A DNA stretch of 64,000 nucleotides from an uncultured virus (IMG/VR IMGVR_UViG_3300033149_004104) (lineage: Duplodnaviria; Heunggongvirae; Uroviricota; Caudoviricetes), in IMG/VR virus record IMGVR_UViG_3300033149_004104, positions 62,001-126,000 of that record; one strand, written 5' to 3'. Position 1 is the first letter of the stretch. Each line of letters starts with the position of its first letter. The translations under genes and the position numbers were made by a program. Under the pieces are notes generated by a model. It was not told the origin of the DNA. It made no database searches and saw nothing but the letters and a program-made list of their open reading frames with translations. Positions 11,301 to 20,752 of the stretch are shown here, in pieces.

Positions 11301-14300
11301 GTGGCCTTTAACCTCTTCTGCTTGTAATTCATCTTTTGGTACAGAGCCTCTAAATAGAAATGTAGTACTTCAACCAAAAATGCACTCCTGGCTTGGACAA
11401 AGCGGGGGGGTTTTTCAAGAAACAAGCAACGTATTAAAAGACCCTTGTGATTTATCTACATCAAATTGGAGTAAAAACAGTTGCACTACTGAACTTGTAG
11501 AAAAAAAGATAGTAAACTTTCCGTTTACCAAAGCTGAATCGTCAACAGCTTCGGGGTATGTTTATCAAACCTTTGTTCCTACTGCCTCAAGAATAGCGGT
11601 GAGTGCTGTGGTGGAAAAAGGCAATACGGATAATACAGCTTTATATCTTTATGATTCTACTGCAGGTACATATATTGAAAGAGGGCTGTTTACATTCAGC
11701 ACTGAAACCTTTACTCCAGATGATAGTTCAACAATTTATGAAGTAATAACTATAGAACAATATAGACGGTACGTAATTAAATACTCTGTCGATGTAACTG
11801 GTGGAAATACTTTACAATTACGATGTTATGCAGCATGGAATGGTTTAGCGGGAGATTTTACTTATTGGGCTGCTGTACAGGTTACTGAAACTAATTACCC
11901 CGTAGCTTTTATTTCTCCAAAGAAATACCCCTCGCTCACCCGACCTAAAAGTGGATGGAAATACAATTTTCCTCTACAATCACAAATGCGAATAAAAATG
12001 GAAGTAACACCTTGGTTTAATTATGGTACGAGTATTAATCATCGATTTTATGAGTGGTATATAGATGATACACATCGTTTAATATTATATTACGAAGCAT
12101 CTGATGATAAAATTTGTATATATTGGAGAGATGGAGGTACTGTTAGATATCTTCGATCTCCTCAATTTGATGACAGTACCTCTTATCTCAATATTAATCA
12201 AAGACTGAAAATAGATGTAGCATTTGATCCTAATGGCTCAGGAAGTTTTCTTAAAATTTATGATAAAGATGATAATCTGCTCTCGGAAGATACAACATGG
12301 GATGGAACCCCTGATACTTTTACATCTAATTTTAATAATTTTTATGTGGGACAATATGAAACTGGACTACAAGCCGATTCTGAAATACACTCTTTACAAA
12401 TTTGGTCGGGGGCTCTTACCGACACTGGAGATCCTACATTTCAATTAAAACCAGAACCTTTAATTTACGGATATCTTGAACAGAAAGAAACAAAAAGCGA
12501 TACAGTTGGGGTATTTAATGAAATCAATACTCTGGTTTCAGATTCAGAAAATCTTACCACAGCAAATTGGGTTCCTTACCACTGTACAACTGAATTAACT
12601 GATCAATATGTAGAGGGGCATCGATTAACGAAACTTACAGCTACTAGCGCCAATGCACAAGCATATCAAACTGTTACTTTTACATCATCTGAGAAAAAAG
12701 CGATTACTGGAATTGTAAGAAAAGGAAATTATGATCCAGCAGGATTTTTTTTACATGATGCAAGTACTTCTACAAATAAATTATATCTTAAAATCAACTT
12801 TTCTACAAAAACAATTACTGGGGCAGTCGGTTCTTTAATTCATGCTATTTGGCTTGACAATAAGACAGTGCAAGTATACGCTGTATCTAATGCAGTAACT
12901 CATACTAATGCACATCGAATATATTGTGATGTAGACGGAGATGATTTAGGCTCTGCCGGGGATTATACCTATTGGACTGCAGTACAGGTATATGATAATG
13001 TGTTTCCTTATTCTTATACTCCTAACGACCGTGATGCTTGTTTCTTACAAACCCAAAGAGCGCTAACAGAAAAGCATACAATAGAGTGCAAAATCTGGCC
13101 TTTCTGCAACTACGACACTGCTGGAACCCATTACATAGCCTCCTGGTACGTAGATTCAAATAATTATTATATGCTTAGATTCTACTCTGCAAAGATTCAA
13201 TTACTATATAAAAGAGGAACGGGAGAGGCGATTTTAGAATCTTCTGCCTACACTTCACAAAGCGATTGGAATAAAGCACATGATATAGCAATAATAGCAG
13301 ATCTAGGAACAGGAGATACAACAGGAACAAAGTTAATAATAGACGGAGTAATAGTAGATGAAACATGGAGTGGAAACATTGATAGCTTCTCCCCTATTTT
13401 TCCCACCCTTACAATTGGATCTAAGACGAATAATAATACAGAGTATTTTGAAGGTTTTATATGGAATCTTGCCTATACTGCACGGAAAAAAGAAGTTTGG
13501 GAAGTACAACAACACTATCAAAGACAACGACCTTATTATGATATCAACTCTATAGCTAATGAATCTGATACTATTTACATAGATCCTTATAATGTGTATA
13601 TAAAAAATTTAAAAGTATTCGATAGCGTATTTTTCGGTAGACAAGAGTCAGAGAGTCTTCCTTATTTTAAATGGGATACAAATAGTGGAAAAATAACAAT
13701 AAATAAAACTCTTATTACTGCAAGCGACAGTTATAACTATTGGGACTTAGATACCGGGGGATTTAGAGTAGGCAATGCTAGTAGTTATATATATTATGAC
13801 CCCTCAGGAAATGGTTCTCTAACGCTTAAAATGGATGCAATATATGCATCAACCTTAGAAACTCTAGTAAATGGAAAACTTTCAATTTCAATGGAAGGTG
13901 ATTTAACAGGAGAACCCCCCTCTCTTCAATCTCCTATCTACGTGACAACCGAAGATACAGGGGGTGCTGATCCTGCTTATGGTATCATTAGCCATTTAAA
14001 TGAGATAAGATTAAGAACGGGTAATGCAGACCCACAATCAGCTTCTGATGCAATAGTTATAGATAATAATCAAAATGTTGGCATCGGGACGACTAGTCCA
14101 AGTGCACTATTAGAGATAAAAACAGCTATAGCTGCAAGTTCAGGTCTCCTAATTACAGGTGGTGCGTCTTCTAGCAATGCTCTCAAAGTCGCTGGAAGCG
14201 CAGGAGATGGTGGGGGGAATGTCGTAGAAATATCTCCTAGTTGGAATACTAACAATGGGCCGACGGCTCTTTTGATTAATCCCGAGAATATTGGCGGAAC

Positions 14301-15063
14301 CCAGACTGGAGCAAAACTGCTAGATATTCAATATGATGGTTCAAGTAAGCTTATGGTAGATAAATCAGGCAACGTCGGCATCGGAACGCCAAGTCCAGAG
14401 AGTAAATTGCAGGTTATTGTTCCAACAGCTGCTTCTGGCTTGGGGCTTCTCATTAGTACGGCACTAGGAACAAATTATGATGATACAAGCATTCCTTTTA
14501 GAATTATAGAGTCGGCAGGGACATTGTTTACAGTACAAGGAAACGGTAACGTCGGCATCGGGACAACGGGTCCGGGGGCGAAATTAGAAGTAAAAGCGGG
14601 TTCCGAAGGGCAATCTTCGCCTGTAGAAGCAATAAGAATCTGGGGTCCAAACAGTCCAACTAATATGAATTCTGCCCAAGATTTGAAATGGCATTTTGCT
14701 AGTGCGGGTTCTGCAGGTATAAGAGCATATCGTGGAGGCAGTTGGAATACTTATTTGCAATTTTTGACTAATGCTGCTTCTGCTGGTTCAGATAATCCTC
14801 AGGTAAGAATGACTATAGATGATACAGGCAATGTCGGCATCGGGACGTCGAATCCAAGCCAGAAACTTTATGTTTCGGGTAATATCCAAGCTACAGGAGC
14901 TATAATTGCAAATACTGCTGGATCTGTTTATGTGCGATATGGTATAGGTGATCCGGGAAGTGGGAATGGTAAATTAGCAGTATATGCAAGTACTTTAAAT
15001 ACCTTTCGTGCGGGGACTCAATGGGGGTGGCAACACTTTAATCCAGATGGACAAGGATGGTAA
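8341..15063 (+). CDS. Very large tail fibre / receptor-binding protein (FN3, duplicated lectin/LamG-like modules, NVGIGT repeats)
   Basis: 2240 aa; FN3-like YRYAIRAED and YQYRYRSVN; duplicated (D/E)DNxL(T/S)PxEKLxxKKEW blocks; two GVF..E.....W...YWxAVQV modules; four NVGIGT repeats. Confidence 0.75.
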   Translation: MGTEQFDDIVGKKIKSNLEITTEEKYPGNPEYANNVDGDYTNAIGDAVEAYVNGEETQPPDIPQWDSPAYDLEIIEDGTGLKKPKITLHWIDTSSDILTENFLIYKTDNSGGTFGTLTLYDKIPADETDYVDEKLSFNTGYRYAIRAEDRFLNRSDLTDYQEITTPTVPEPSRPTDKIVTGAGVKQIGLKFQGSPSFEDILYYQVESRSATADPDGYGGYEVPASPSWGDWEVINQSLSTRIIHENLDYTKCYQYRYRSVNSYGVSGSANSEEGHSELLSDIVIPLKVKRDDLDWDIQDQIDGKLDYYITHSSQDPKYHPVYGWPDTSKDDLDHHRDIWYQIDTGLKKVFNGYTGLWENQPNITKLTIADDNVLTPSEKLILKKEWNTIAKEKIVLLTQFGLKEGEIGGVETEKYNYISAYNTLDSYLNNIIDGILKESNYLQVIEDIAGATARDDGFIFLFFQDSTPTANGAGDLWINTEDELDILYKWNGSNWIEQTGVSEEDRLKIVSLKQTTGSDDEIVIYFQDSEPSIPASDEDDLWVDTDGGDYLYRHTSGGTWEIVESAILDINGEELRGKFRDYYDAKQELVKAISDVSADDMRTRFVNNTYMIDIENDKIDSTTYFVDFINNVTRTSIKVYSVKDEDKNNLTGLQADDLLVATDTFKEYRYNGASWEELTETNTDFLRAFIDADHLRTIYIPASDADLPSFYQARDLLIPTATFSNNDGSTTKEFQKNSVYITTVNEISAFNNAHWGLSIKYTDDTLAKYKTSVFDSPPNCEYNAGEERWEVNTSLGDSYVSEDIFVPGQEYVIFDGSTTKTFDKGEVYVASIADEEAHRRDGYPFVNTHWERKLRFSQELDDITEDNKLSPTEKLATKKEWEIIRKEYPSIIEEAVEQGVNTFSFKSAYDELDDYLNNESTGLLNDTSTTSDIVGDTFRSKFSNYYDEKAKILRSIAYMASQDAYSGTDYITKREHVGEAVDDDTELWPLTSSACNSSFGTEPLNRNVVLQPKMHSWLGQSGGVFQETSNVLKDPCDLSTSNWSKNSCTTELVEKKIVNFPFTKAESSTASGYVYQTFVPTASRIAVSAVVEKGNTDNTALYLYDSTAGTYIERGLFTFSTETFTPDDSSTIYEVITIEQYRRYVIKYSVDVTGGNTLQLRCYAAWNGLAGDFTYWAAVQVTETNYPVAFISPKKYPSLTRPKSGWKYNFPLQSQMRIKMEVTPWFNYGTSINHRFYEWYIDDTHRLILYYEASDDKICIYWRDGGTVRYLRSPQFDDSTSYLNINQRLKIDVAFDPNGSGSFLKIYDKDDNLLSEDTTWDGTPDTFTSNFNNFYVGQYETGLQADSEIHSLQIWSGALTDTGDPTFQLKPEPLIYGYLEQKETKSDTVGVFNEINTLVSDSENLTTANWVPYHCTTELTDQYVEGHRLTKLTATSANAQAYQTVTFTSSEKKAITGIVRKGNYDPAGFFLHDASTSTNKLYLKINFSTKTITGAVGSLIHAIWLDNKTVQVYAVSNAVTHTNAHRIYCDVDGDDLGSAGDYTYWTAVQVYDNVFPYSYTPNDRDACFLQTQRALTEKHTIECKIWPFCNYDTAGTHYIASWYVDSNNYYMLRFYSAKIQLLYKRGTGEAILESSAYTSQSDWNKAHDIAIIADLGTGDTTGTKLIIDGVIVDETWSGNIDSFSPIFPTLTIGSKTNNNTEYFEGFIWNLAYTARKKEVWEVQQHYQRQRPYYDINSIANESDTIYIDPYNVYIKNLKVFDSVFFGRQESESLPYFKWDTNSGKITINKTLITASDSYNYWDLDTGGFRVGNASSYIYYDPSGNGSLTLKMDAIYASTLETLVNGKLSISMEGDLTGEPPSLQSPIYVTTEDTGGADPAYGIISHLNEIRLRTGNADPQSASDAIVIDNNQNVGIGTTSPSALLEIKTAIAASSGLLITGGASSSNALKVAGSAGDGGGNVVEISPSWNTNNGPTALLINPENIGGTQTGAKLLDIQYDGSSKLMVDKSGNVGIGTPSPESKLQVIVPTAASGLGLLISTALGTNYDDTSIPFRIIESAGTLFTVQGNGNVGIGTTGPGAKLEVKAGSEGQSSPVEAIRIWGPNSPTNMNSAQDLKWHFASAGSAGIRAYRGGSWNTYLQFLTNAASAGSDNPQVRMTIDDTGNVGIGTSNPSQKLYVSGNIQATGAIIANTAGSVYVRYGIGDPGSGNGKLAVYASTLNTFRAGTQWGWQHFNPDGQGW
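14074..14847 (+). repeat. Four DNA repeats AAYGTYGGCATCGGRAC encoding NVGIGT
   Basis: Copies start at 14074, 14371, 14548 and 14830. Confidence 0.85.
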
Positions 15064-15608
15064 AAATGTATATAGGATTTGAAACAAAAAAACTAGAATT
15101 AGATAGAGTTGAAGCTCTATACCCGCCAACGATCATATTATCAGAAACAATACCAGAAACGACATATTATCTAGTAATTGAGGAATATTCTCAGTATTTT
15201 TATTTTAACGAAAAAGGCGAATTCAAAACAAAAATGTGGGAAGGGTGGAATAATTATCCGTTGTATACATTTAACCGTGATAAGTATGAAGCTGGAGAAG
15301 ATCCTTTTGAACCATTTGACCCATATTCATCGAAAACATTTAAACACCGAATACGTCGAGAGCGAATTGAAAATCAAATTAAATGGCAACTACGATACCC
15401 AATCGAAATTAAGAAACTTCGCAAAGCACTCAAAAGAGTAATTATGCTACTGGAAGCTTCAGGAGCAAATATTAATTGGCCAGAACTAAAAGAATTTATG
15501 GAATATTCTAACACAATTGAAACAGTGATCTCTAAGCACCCAAAGGTTTCTAAATATCTTAATAGAATAGACCTTAAAACTGAAAATGGGGTTAACAATG
15601 ATGCTTGA
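15057..15608 (+). CDS. Hypothetical protein, possibly tail fibre assembly chaperone
   Basis: 183 aa ORF overlapping the end of the fibre gene; positional inference. Confidence 0.45.
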   Translation: MVKMYIGFETKKLELDRVEALYPPTIILSETIPETTYYLVIEEYSQYFYFNEKGEFKTKMWEGWNNYPLYTFNRDKYEAGEDPFEPFDPYSSKTFKHRIRRERIENQIKWQLRYPIEIKKLRKALKRVIMLLEASGANINWPELKEFMEYSNTIETVISKHPKVSKYLNRIDLKTENGVNNDA

Positions 15609-15786
15609 TAATGAAGTACAACAAAAATTCTTAGAAGATAGCGGATATGCTCAGGGTTGGGGGTGGACATTAACTGATGAGGATATTGAGCAGATGAAAA
15701 ATTGCGATAACCGTGATGTTCTCTACCCAGCGCTTGAAAATAAGCTTATACAGGAGTGTGAAAGCGAGCAGGAGGCGGCTATATGA
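15586..15786 (+). CDS. Small hypothetical protein
   Basis: Overlap-coupled to both neighbours; exact start uncertain. Confidence 0.45.
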   Translation: MGLTMMLDNEVQQKFLEDSGYAQGWGWTLTDEDIEQMKNCDNRDVLYPALENKLIQECESEQEAAI

Positions 15787-16160
15787 AATTAGGAATAATA
15801 GTTAATAATCAAAATATTTTGGAAAAAATAAACAAAATGGATCTGCCCGGAAGTAAAGTTTTAAAATTAAGAAAAATAATAAAAAAATTTATGGAAGAAT
15901 TACGACAATTTGAAGAAGAGAAGAATAATTATATTTTAAAACACGGTGAGAATGGAGAACTAAATAGAGACTCCAATCCGGAAGCTTATGAAAAAGCAAT
16001 TCTTTTTCTAAACGAAATGATGAACAGCGAGATAGATATAGAACCAGCTCCCATTCTTGATGATAGCGATATAGAAAATAATAAATTTAGTGTTGCGGAT
16101 TTAGATAGGCTGGAGGCCCTGGGATTATATAAACCCGATAGTGATGAGAAAATATCATAA
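15783..16160 (+). CDS. Hypothetical protein (tail-associated chaperone-like)
   Basis: SD GGAGG; helical charged 125 aa protein of a kind often seen after tail fibre genes. Confidence 0.5.
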   Translation: MKLGIIVNNQNILEKINKMDLPGSKVLKLRKIIKKFMEELRQFEEEKNNYILKHGENGELNRDSNPEAYEKAILFLNEMMNSEIDIEPAPILDDSDIENNKFSVADLDRLEALGLYKPDSDEKIS

Positions 16161-16220
16161 ACTTAATGTGCAAAGTTTATAATATGCATAAGGCGAGGAA
16201 AATATAAACATAAAATCTAA

Positions 16221-16943
16221 ATGGGGGAGGCAGAGATGAATTATGAAGAACTTTTGCAATTTGGGGGCACATTCTATAATGATAACAACAATAATGCCGG
16301 AGTAGAATGGTATGTAGAAGAAAAAGAAAACCAGCTTATTATTAGAATTCCTGGCACTAATTCTTTTAGAGATTGGATAACAAATTTTATATTCTTCCCT
16401 ATGTCGTATTATTATCCAGATGCTAAAGTGCACTCAGGTTGGTATAACGAGTATATACAGAGCGGAATAAATCTTAAAATGAAAAAAATAATTAAAGAGG
16501 GGGCTTATAAAAAAGTAACAATAATGGGGCATTCAAAAGGCTGTACTACAGCATTGTTTCTTACTCAATATTTATCTCTAACTTTTAAATCTGATAATGT
16601 TAAAATTGAAACTTTTTTGCTTGGATCCCCTAAAGTGGGCAATCTTAAATTTAAAAGACTATTAGAAAAAAATGAAAACGCCTTTATACACAATATTCAA
16701 GTAAGGGGTGATATTGTTTGTAAAATGCCTCCTAATCTTATCTTGTTATTTCTTCTCCCTTATTTTTTTCTAATTAATAAAAAATTCATATTTTGTTTTT
16801 TCTGGCACATTGGACACGGAAAAAAGATAAAAATAGGAAAAAAGAGCTTTATAACTTTTAAAGGTCATGAGTTTGATAATTACAGAAAATTACTTATAGA
16901 GGAAGAAAAAGAAAGGAAAAGAAAATGGATAAACAAAAAATAA
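16221..16943 (+). CDS. Class 3 lipase (alpha/beta hydrolase)
   Basis: IRIPGTNSFRDW, KVHSGW, GHSKG nucleophile elbow, GSPKVGN, DIVCKMPP. Confidence 0.85.
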   Translation: MGEAEMNYEELLQFGGTFYNDNNNNAGVEWYVEEKENQLIIRIPGTNSFRDWITNFIFFPMSYYYPDAKVHSGWYNEYIQSGINLKMKKIIKEGAYKKVTIMGHSKGCTTALFLTQYLSLTFKSDNVKIETFLLGSPKVGNLKFKRLLEKNENAFIHNIQVRGDIVCKMPPNLILLFLLPYFFLINKKFIFCFFWHIGHGKKIKIGKKSFITFKGHEFDNYRKLLIEEEKERKRKWINKK

Positions 16944-17254
16944 AGAGTAGTACAAAGGCAATTACCTGGGCAGCTTTCTTACTTAACCCTTTAGCATGGA
17001 TAGCAGACTGGTTCTTTAAAAAAAGTACCATCGATTATTTAATAAAAAATAAAATAGATATAACCCGTTTAAATGATATAGAAAAATTTATTACAGATAT
17101 TCCTTTAGCTACCATTGCAACCGCCTTTGTTACAATAGCTACAGCATACGTAGCGGGACAAAAGGGTAAAACGATCAGCAAGAATATTGGCGCTCCAAAA
17201 GGCAAGGGCACAGATGAAAACGATCCTGATGATGCGCCTCCTCCTCTAAAATAA
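16925..17254 (+). CDS. Small membrane protein (possible holin/antiholin)
   Basis: Two hydrophobic segments; between lipase and peptidase. Confidence 0.4.
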   Translation: MDKQKIKSSTKAITWAAFLLNPLAWIADWFFKKSTIDYLIKNKIDITRLNDIEKFITDIPLATIATAFVTIATAYVAGQKGKTISKNIGAPKGKGTDENDPDDAPPPLK

Positions 17255-17278
17255 TTTCAGAGATATTACTAATATTAT

Positions 17279-18031
17279 ATGTACAGCGAGAGAATAAACA
17301 AGTTTTTAAAAGAATATGATATAAATGATAATCTTGATTTTGATGATTTAAAATTTAGAGTTGGCGCTCCAATTACTTCTAGCTTTGGATTAGTCGCCGG
17401 ATACAGAAAAGTAAACAACGAATATATATTTGATTCTGTTAGAATTCATACAGGTGTTGATAGAAGTTGGGGAGAGAACGGAAGCGTATATGCACCGTTT
17501 TATTTTAATAGAAGCGAACTACACGATTATGGTGCAGATCATGTATATGGAAGCCTAATACGTTTATTTAACGATGAGTATGGCTTTGAAATGCGTATAG
17601 TCCACATGAATCCAAAAACCGATATTGATAAAACAGCATATCAACTTTTAACCAACAATCAACCCATAGAACGAAATACTTATTTGGGGGTTTGCGGAAC
17701 ATACGGTAGTGCCAGTAGTGGAAGACATACCCATACAGAAATAGTATCTATTAAAGAAGAAAACAAAATACTGGATGTTATCCTATATAGGAAGTTTGGA
17801 GCAGATATTTATAATAGCTATACGGAAAATCACATAATAAATTTTTATAGATCAAAGAGGGTTTTTAAAAATAAAAAAGTTGAAGAAATTTTAGACCATT
17901 TCAATAATTTAAAAAAAGCTAGAAGAGTAGTAGGTATAATAAATGATTATTTATATGAATACAAAGATTGGTACTATGGAATGGAAAAAAGAATACGGTA
18001 CAGTAGTGAAAAGTTGTTTAACGGATTATAA
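17279..18031 (+). CDS. M23-like zinc peptidase (candidate endolysin)
   Basis: ITSSFG, HTGVD (HxxxD), YGSLIRL, HMN, SSGRHTHTE (HxH). Confidence 0.7.
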   Translation: MYSERINKFLKEYDINDNLDFDDLKFRVGAPITSSFGLVAGYRKVNNEYIFDSVRIHTGVDRSWGENGSVYAPFYFNRSELHDYGADHVYGSLIRLFNDEYGFEMRIVHMNPKTDIDKTAYQLLTNNQPIERNTYLGVCGTYGSASSGRHTHTEIVSIKEENKILDVILYRKFGADIYNSYTENHIINFYRSKRVFKNKKVEEILDHFNNLKKARRVVGIINDYLYEYKDWYYGMEKRIRYSSEKLFNGL

Positions 18032-18054
18032 AAAAATAAAGGAGAGAAGAACGT

Positions 18055-18336
18055 ATGAATTTAAATTGGAATAACATCATGGCATGCGCAGTTATAGTGA
18101 TCGGATTAACAGAGTATGTCAAAAGTTGGGATAAAAAGGAAAAGTTAAAAAAGATTTATAAACTATTCCCACTAGGTTTTTCATTTGCGGCTAGTCTTCT
18201 TTTAACGTTTATAGAAGGTTTTACGATAAATAGTTTTCTCTTTACTGGATTGATTGTATTGGCTTTCTCAACACTTGGTTACGAAGCGATACTTAAATTT
18301 GTGCAGTCAATTATTGAAAAATTAAAATTAAAATAA
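18055..18336 (+). CDS. Holin-like membrane protein
   Basis: 93 aa with three hydrophobic segments, basic C-terminus, next to the peptidase; SD AAGGAG. Confidence 0.6.
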   Translation: MNLNWNNIMACAVIVIGLTEYVKSWDKKEKLKKIYKLFPLGFSFAASLLLTFIEGFTINSFLFTGLIVLAFSTLGYEAILKFVQSIIEKLKLK

Positions 18337-18428
18337 GAAATACGGACAATGCTAGATAAATTTATAAATTGGTTATTTTCACACATATTAAAAGATAATG
18401 AATACTTTAAAAAGGCGGTCATAACGTA

Positions 18429-19217
18429 ATGGCATGGGTACAGCTTATTAAATGGTTACAATCACAAGATACATTAACACTTATCATCGCACTTGGAATT
18501 TTAATATTTCTTATTTATAAAGGAATAATACGTATTCCTTCTATAAATAAGACAATCAGAAGAAAAAAATGTGAAAATCCTCACATAAGTTGTATTAATT
18601 ATATTGATTTAGGGAATCGTTTATCAAAGCTTATGGTACTAAAAACAGAGATTGATAGAATTATAAACTTGGATATACTGAGAGAGCAAATGAACCTAGT
18701 AGATCAGATTGTATATGATATAAGAAAAAAAATGGAGCTTCATTTTGATAAGATACTTAAAAATCAACAGCCCGATATACAGGATGTCAATTCAAGTATT
18801 GAACATAAAATCTTTGAAAATATTGCTAAATTAGGAGAGAAAACAATAAGAGATTTATTTCGATTTATAATGAAAGAAAATCGCATTCCAAACAATGAAG
18901 CTGAATTTATCCTATACGCTAAAAACAGGGCTAATAACGTTATTAACCGAGTAATTGAAGAGCTTTCAGTTAACTGGCATCGAGGACTCAGCATTACTAA
19001 AGAAATTTATATGAAAGCTTACTATGGAAAAATACAAGATTTCCGTGATTTAAACTCTGAAATCGAAGAACAAATAATAACCACACTAAAGAGATGTAGG
19101 GACATTAACAACAGAAAATGGCTTGAAATTATGCAATATGATGATGAAGCTGCCGCTTTATTCCCCGAAATATATGAAGAAGCAATGAAGAAAGAAGGAG
19201 AAAAGCGGCAGACATGA
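18429..19217 (+). CDS. Membrane-anchored hypothetical protein
   Basis: N-terminal TM segment then helical domain; ends abutting the convergent gene at 19218. Confidence 0.55.
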   Translation: MAWVQLIKWLQSQDTLTLIIALGILIFLIYKGIIRIPSINKTIRRKKCENPHISCINYIDLGNRLSKLMVLKTEIDRIINLDILREQMNLVDQIVYDIRKKMELHFDKILKNQQPDIQDVNSSIEHKIFENIAKLGEKTIRDLFRFIMKENRIPNNEAEFILYAKNRANNVINRVIEELSVNWHRGLSITKEIYMKAYYGKIQDFRDLNSEIEEQIITTLKRCRDINNRKWLEIMQYDDEAAALFPEIYEEAMKKEGEKRQT

Positions 19218-19571
19218 CTAGAATTGTATTTTAAAATACTTATATACTCTCGCCTCGAAATAAAAAAGTTCTTTTCTTAACTCTTCCATTCTTAAGTTAT
19301 TTTTTTCTGGAATATTTTTATAAAAATCAAACTTAGCATCTTCAGGATCTGTTGGATGTCGTTCGCTGTTTGCTTTATTAAGATGTCGATTAAAACTTAC
19401 GTAGTGTGGTTCTTTTTTAGCCCTCTCAATAGCGATACGCCTTCCTAAATCTTTAGAAAAGGTGTCCTTTGGATGACATAGCGACCACCCGATCCTGTCT
19501 TTTTCTAATGCAACTAAGCATCCATAAGGTTGACGATTCTCTTTTCTTATGTACTGAACTAACATAATCAT
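19218..19571 (-). CDS. Conserved phage hypothetical protein
   Basis: IGWSLCHPKDTFSKDLGRRIAIERA pattern seen in small phage proteins; SD GGAGG. Confidence 0.6.
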   Translation of the reverse strand: MIMLVQYIRKENRQPYGCLVALEKDRIGWSLCHPKDTFSKDLGRRIAIERAKKEPHYVSFNRHLNKANSERHPTDPEDAKFDFYKNIPEKNNLRMEELRKELFYFEARVYKYFKIQF

Positions 19572-19732
19572 TCCTCCATCTTAATTTTTTTCAAGATCAA
19601 ATAATGTTTTAACATATTTGATCTAATATTCTCAGTTTCTAAATTCATTCTAGTTTTTTTCCTCTTCTGCACTAAAAAAAGAATTAAAAGATACTATAAG
19701 AAAAAAAATCAAAACGGCTTTTATTAAATACC

Positions 19733-20752
19733 TTATAATACTCCCTCCCATGTTATCTTTTTATTCTTTATCTTATTATAAAAATCGTATTGAGATAACC
19801 GCCATTCTGCACTCTCTATAGGATGTTCAACAGCGTATTCTAGATCTTCCAGAGTACTGTCAGCAGGATCTTGACCTGCCCCCGGCATAAAAACAATGAG
19901 ATAATCATAATCATAAAACTTATTTATTTGTGTAATCATAGAGCGTCCTGCATCATCGTTATCAGGAAACAATATAAGATTTTTCACTTTACTCAGCAGC
20001 TTCTTTTGACCGGTACCTAACGAACTACCTAGTGTTGCTACAACATTTTTAGAAATATACCTCCAGATACGAAAAGCACTTTTTATTCCCTCTACTACAT
20101 ATAAAGGCTTTCGCAAACTAATACCGTCCCAATTCCATAATATATCCGCCTTACTGCCTTTCGGGTAGATTACTTTCAATTTCTGCTCTTCCGTATAATC
20201 TCTGCATTCCATATTCACTATTTCGCCGTTCTCTAATAATGGAATACATATTCTATCTTTAATAAATGTACCTTTCTTGTTTTCTTTAGAAAAAGAGATA
20301 TACGCTTTATTTGTATAACGAATATCAAATTCATCTATCATTTCCTTATTAACATTTATTTTTTTAAGATATGTAAGAACCTGCGAATTTGACAAAGGAT
20401 TATATAAACGCCCACCTGATATTCTTAACTCTTTCTTTAATTGTTTCTTCTCTGCTATAAGTTGATTTTGACCTAATGTCTGATTAAAAAGCCTTGATAA
20501 TACCTCATCGCTTTTAATATATTTACTATAATTTCCGTTAGAAAGTTTTGTAACAAATGCATAAAAATTGTACGTAGCACCGCAGCTCCAACATTTACAA
20601 TAGCCGTTGTTTTTTAACATTGTCATTGAGGGATTCCTATCCCTATGATTTTGATTTATACACCGAAATTTTATATATTTACCTTTATCTTCGAATTGTA
20701 TTCCAAGTTCACGAACTATTGATAATATTTCAGTAGTCGTTAAGTAAATCAT
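19733..20752 (-). CDS. DNA primase (DnaG-type, Zn finger + TOPRIM)
   Basis: C..H.D..PS...CWSCG zinc finger; VVEGIKS and PDNDDAG TOPRIM motifs. Confidence 0.9.
   Translation of the reverse strand: MIYLTTTEILSIVRELGIQFEDKGKYIKFRCINQNHRDRNPSMTMLKNNGYCKCWSCGATYNFYAFVTKLSNGNYSKYIKSDEVLSRLFNQTLGQNQLIAEKKQLKKELRISGGRLYNPLSNSQVLTYLKKINVNKEMIDEFDIRYTNKAYISFSKENKKGTFIKDRICIPLLENGEIVNMECRDYTEEQKLKVIYPKGSKADILWNWDGISLRKPLYVVEGIKSAFRIWRYISKNVVATLGSSLGTGQKKLLSKVKNLILFPDNDDAGRSMITQINKFYDYDYLIVFMPGAGQDPADSTLEDLEYAVEHPIESAEWRLSQYDFYNKIKNKKITWEGVL

Noticed and set aside
13500..16200. Diversity-generating retroelement acting on the tail fibre
   Set aside because: No reverse transcriptase and no template/variable repeat pair differing at adenines seen in this window.
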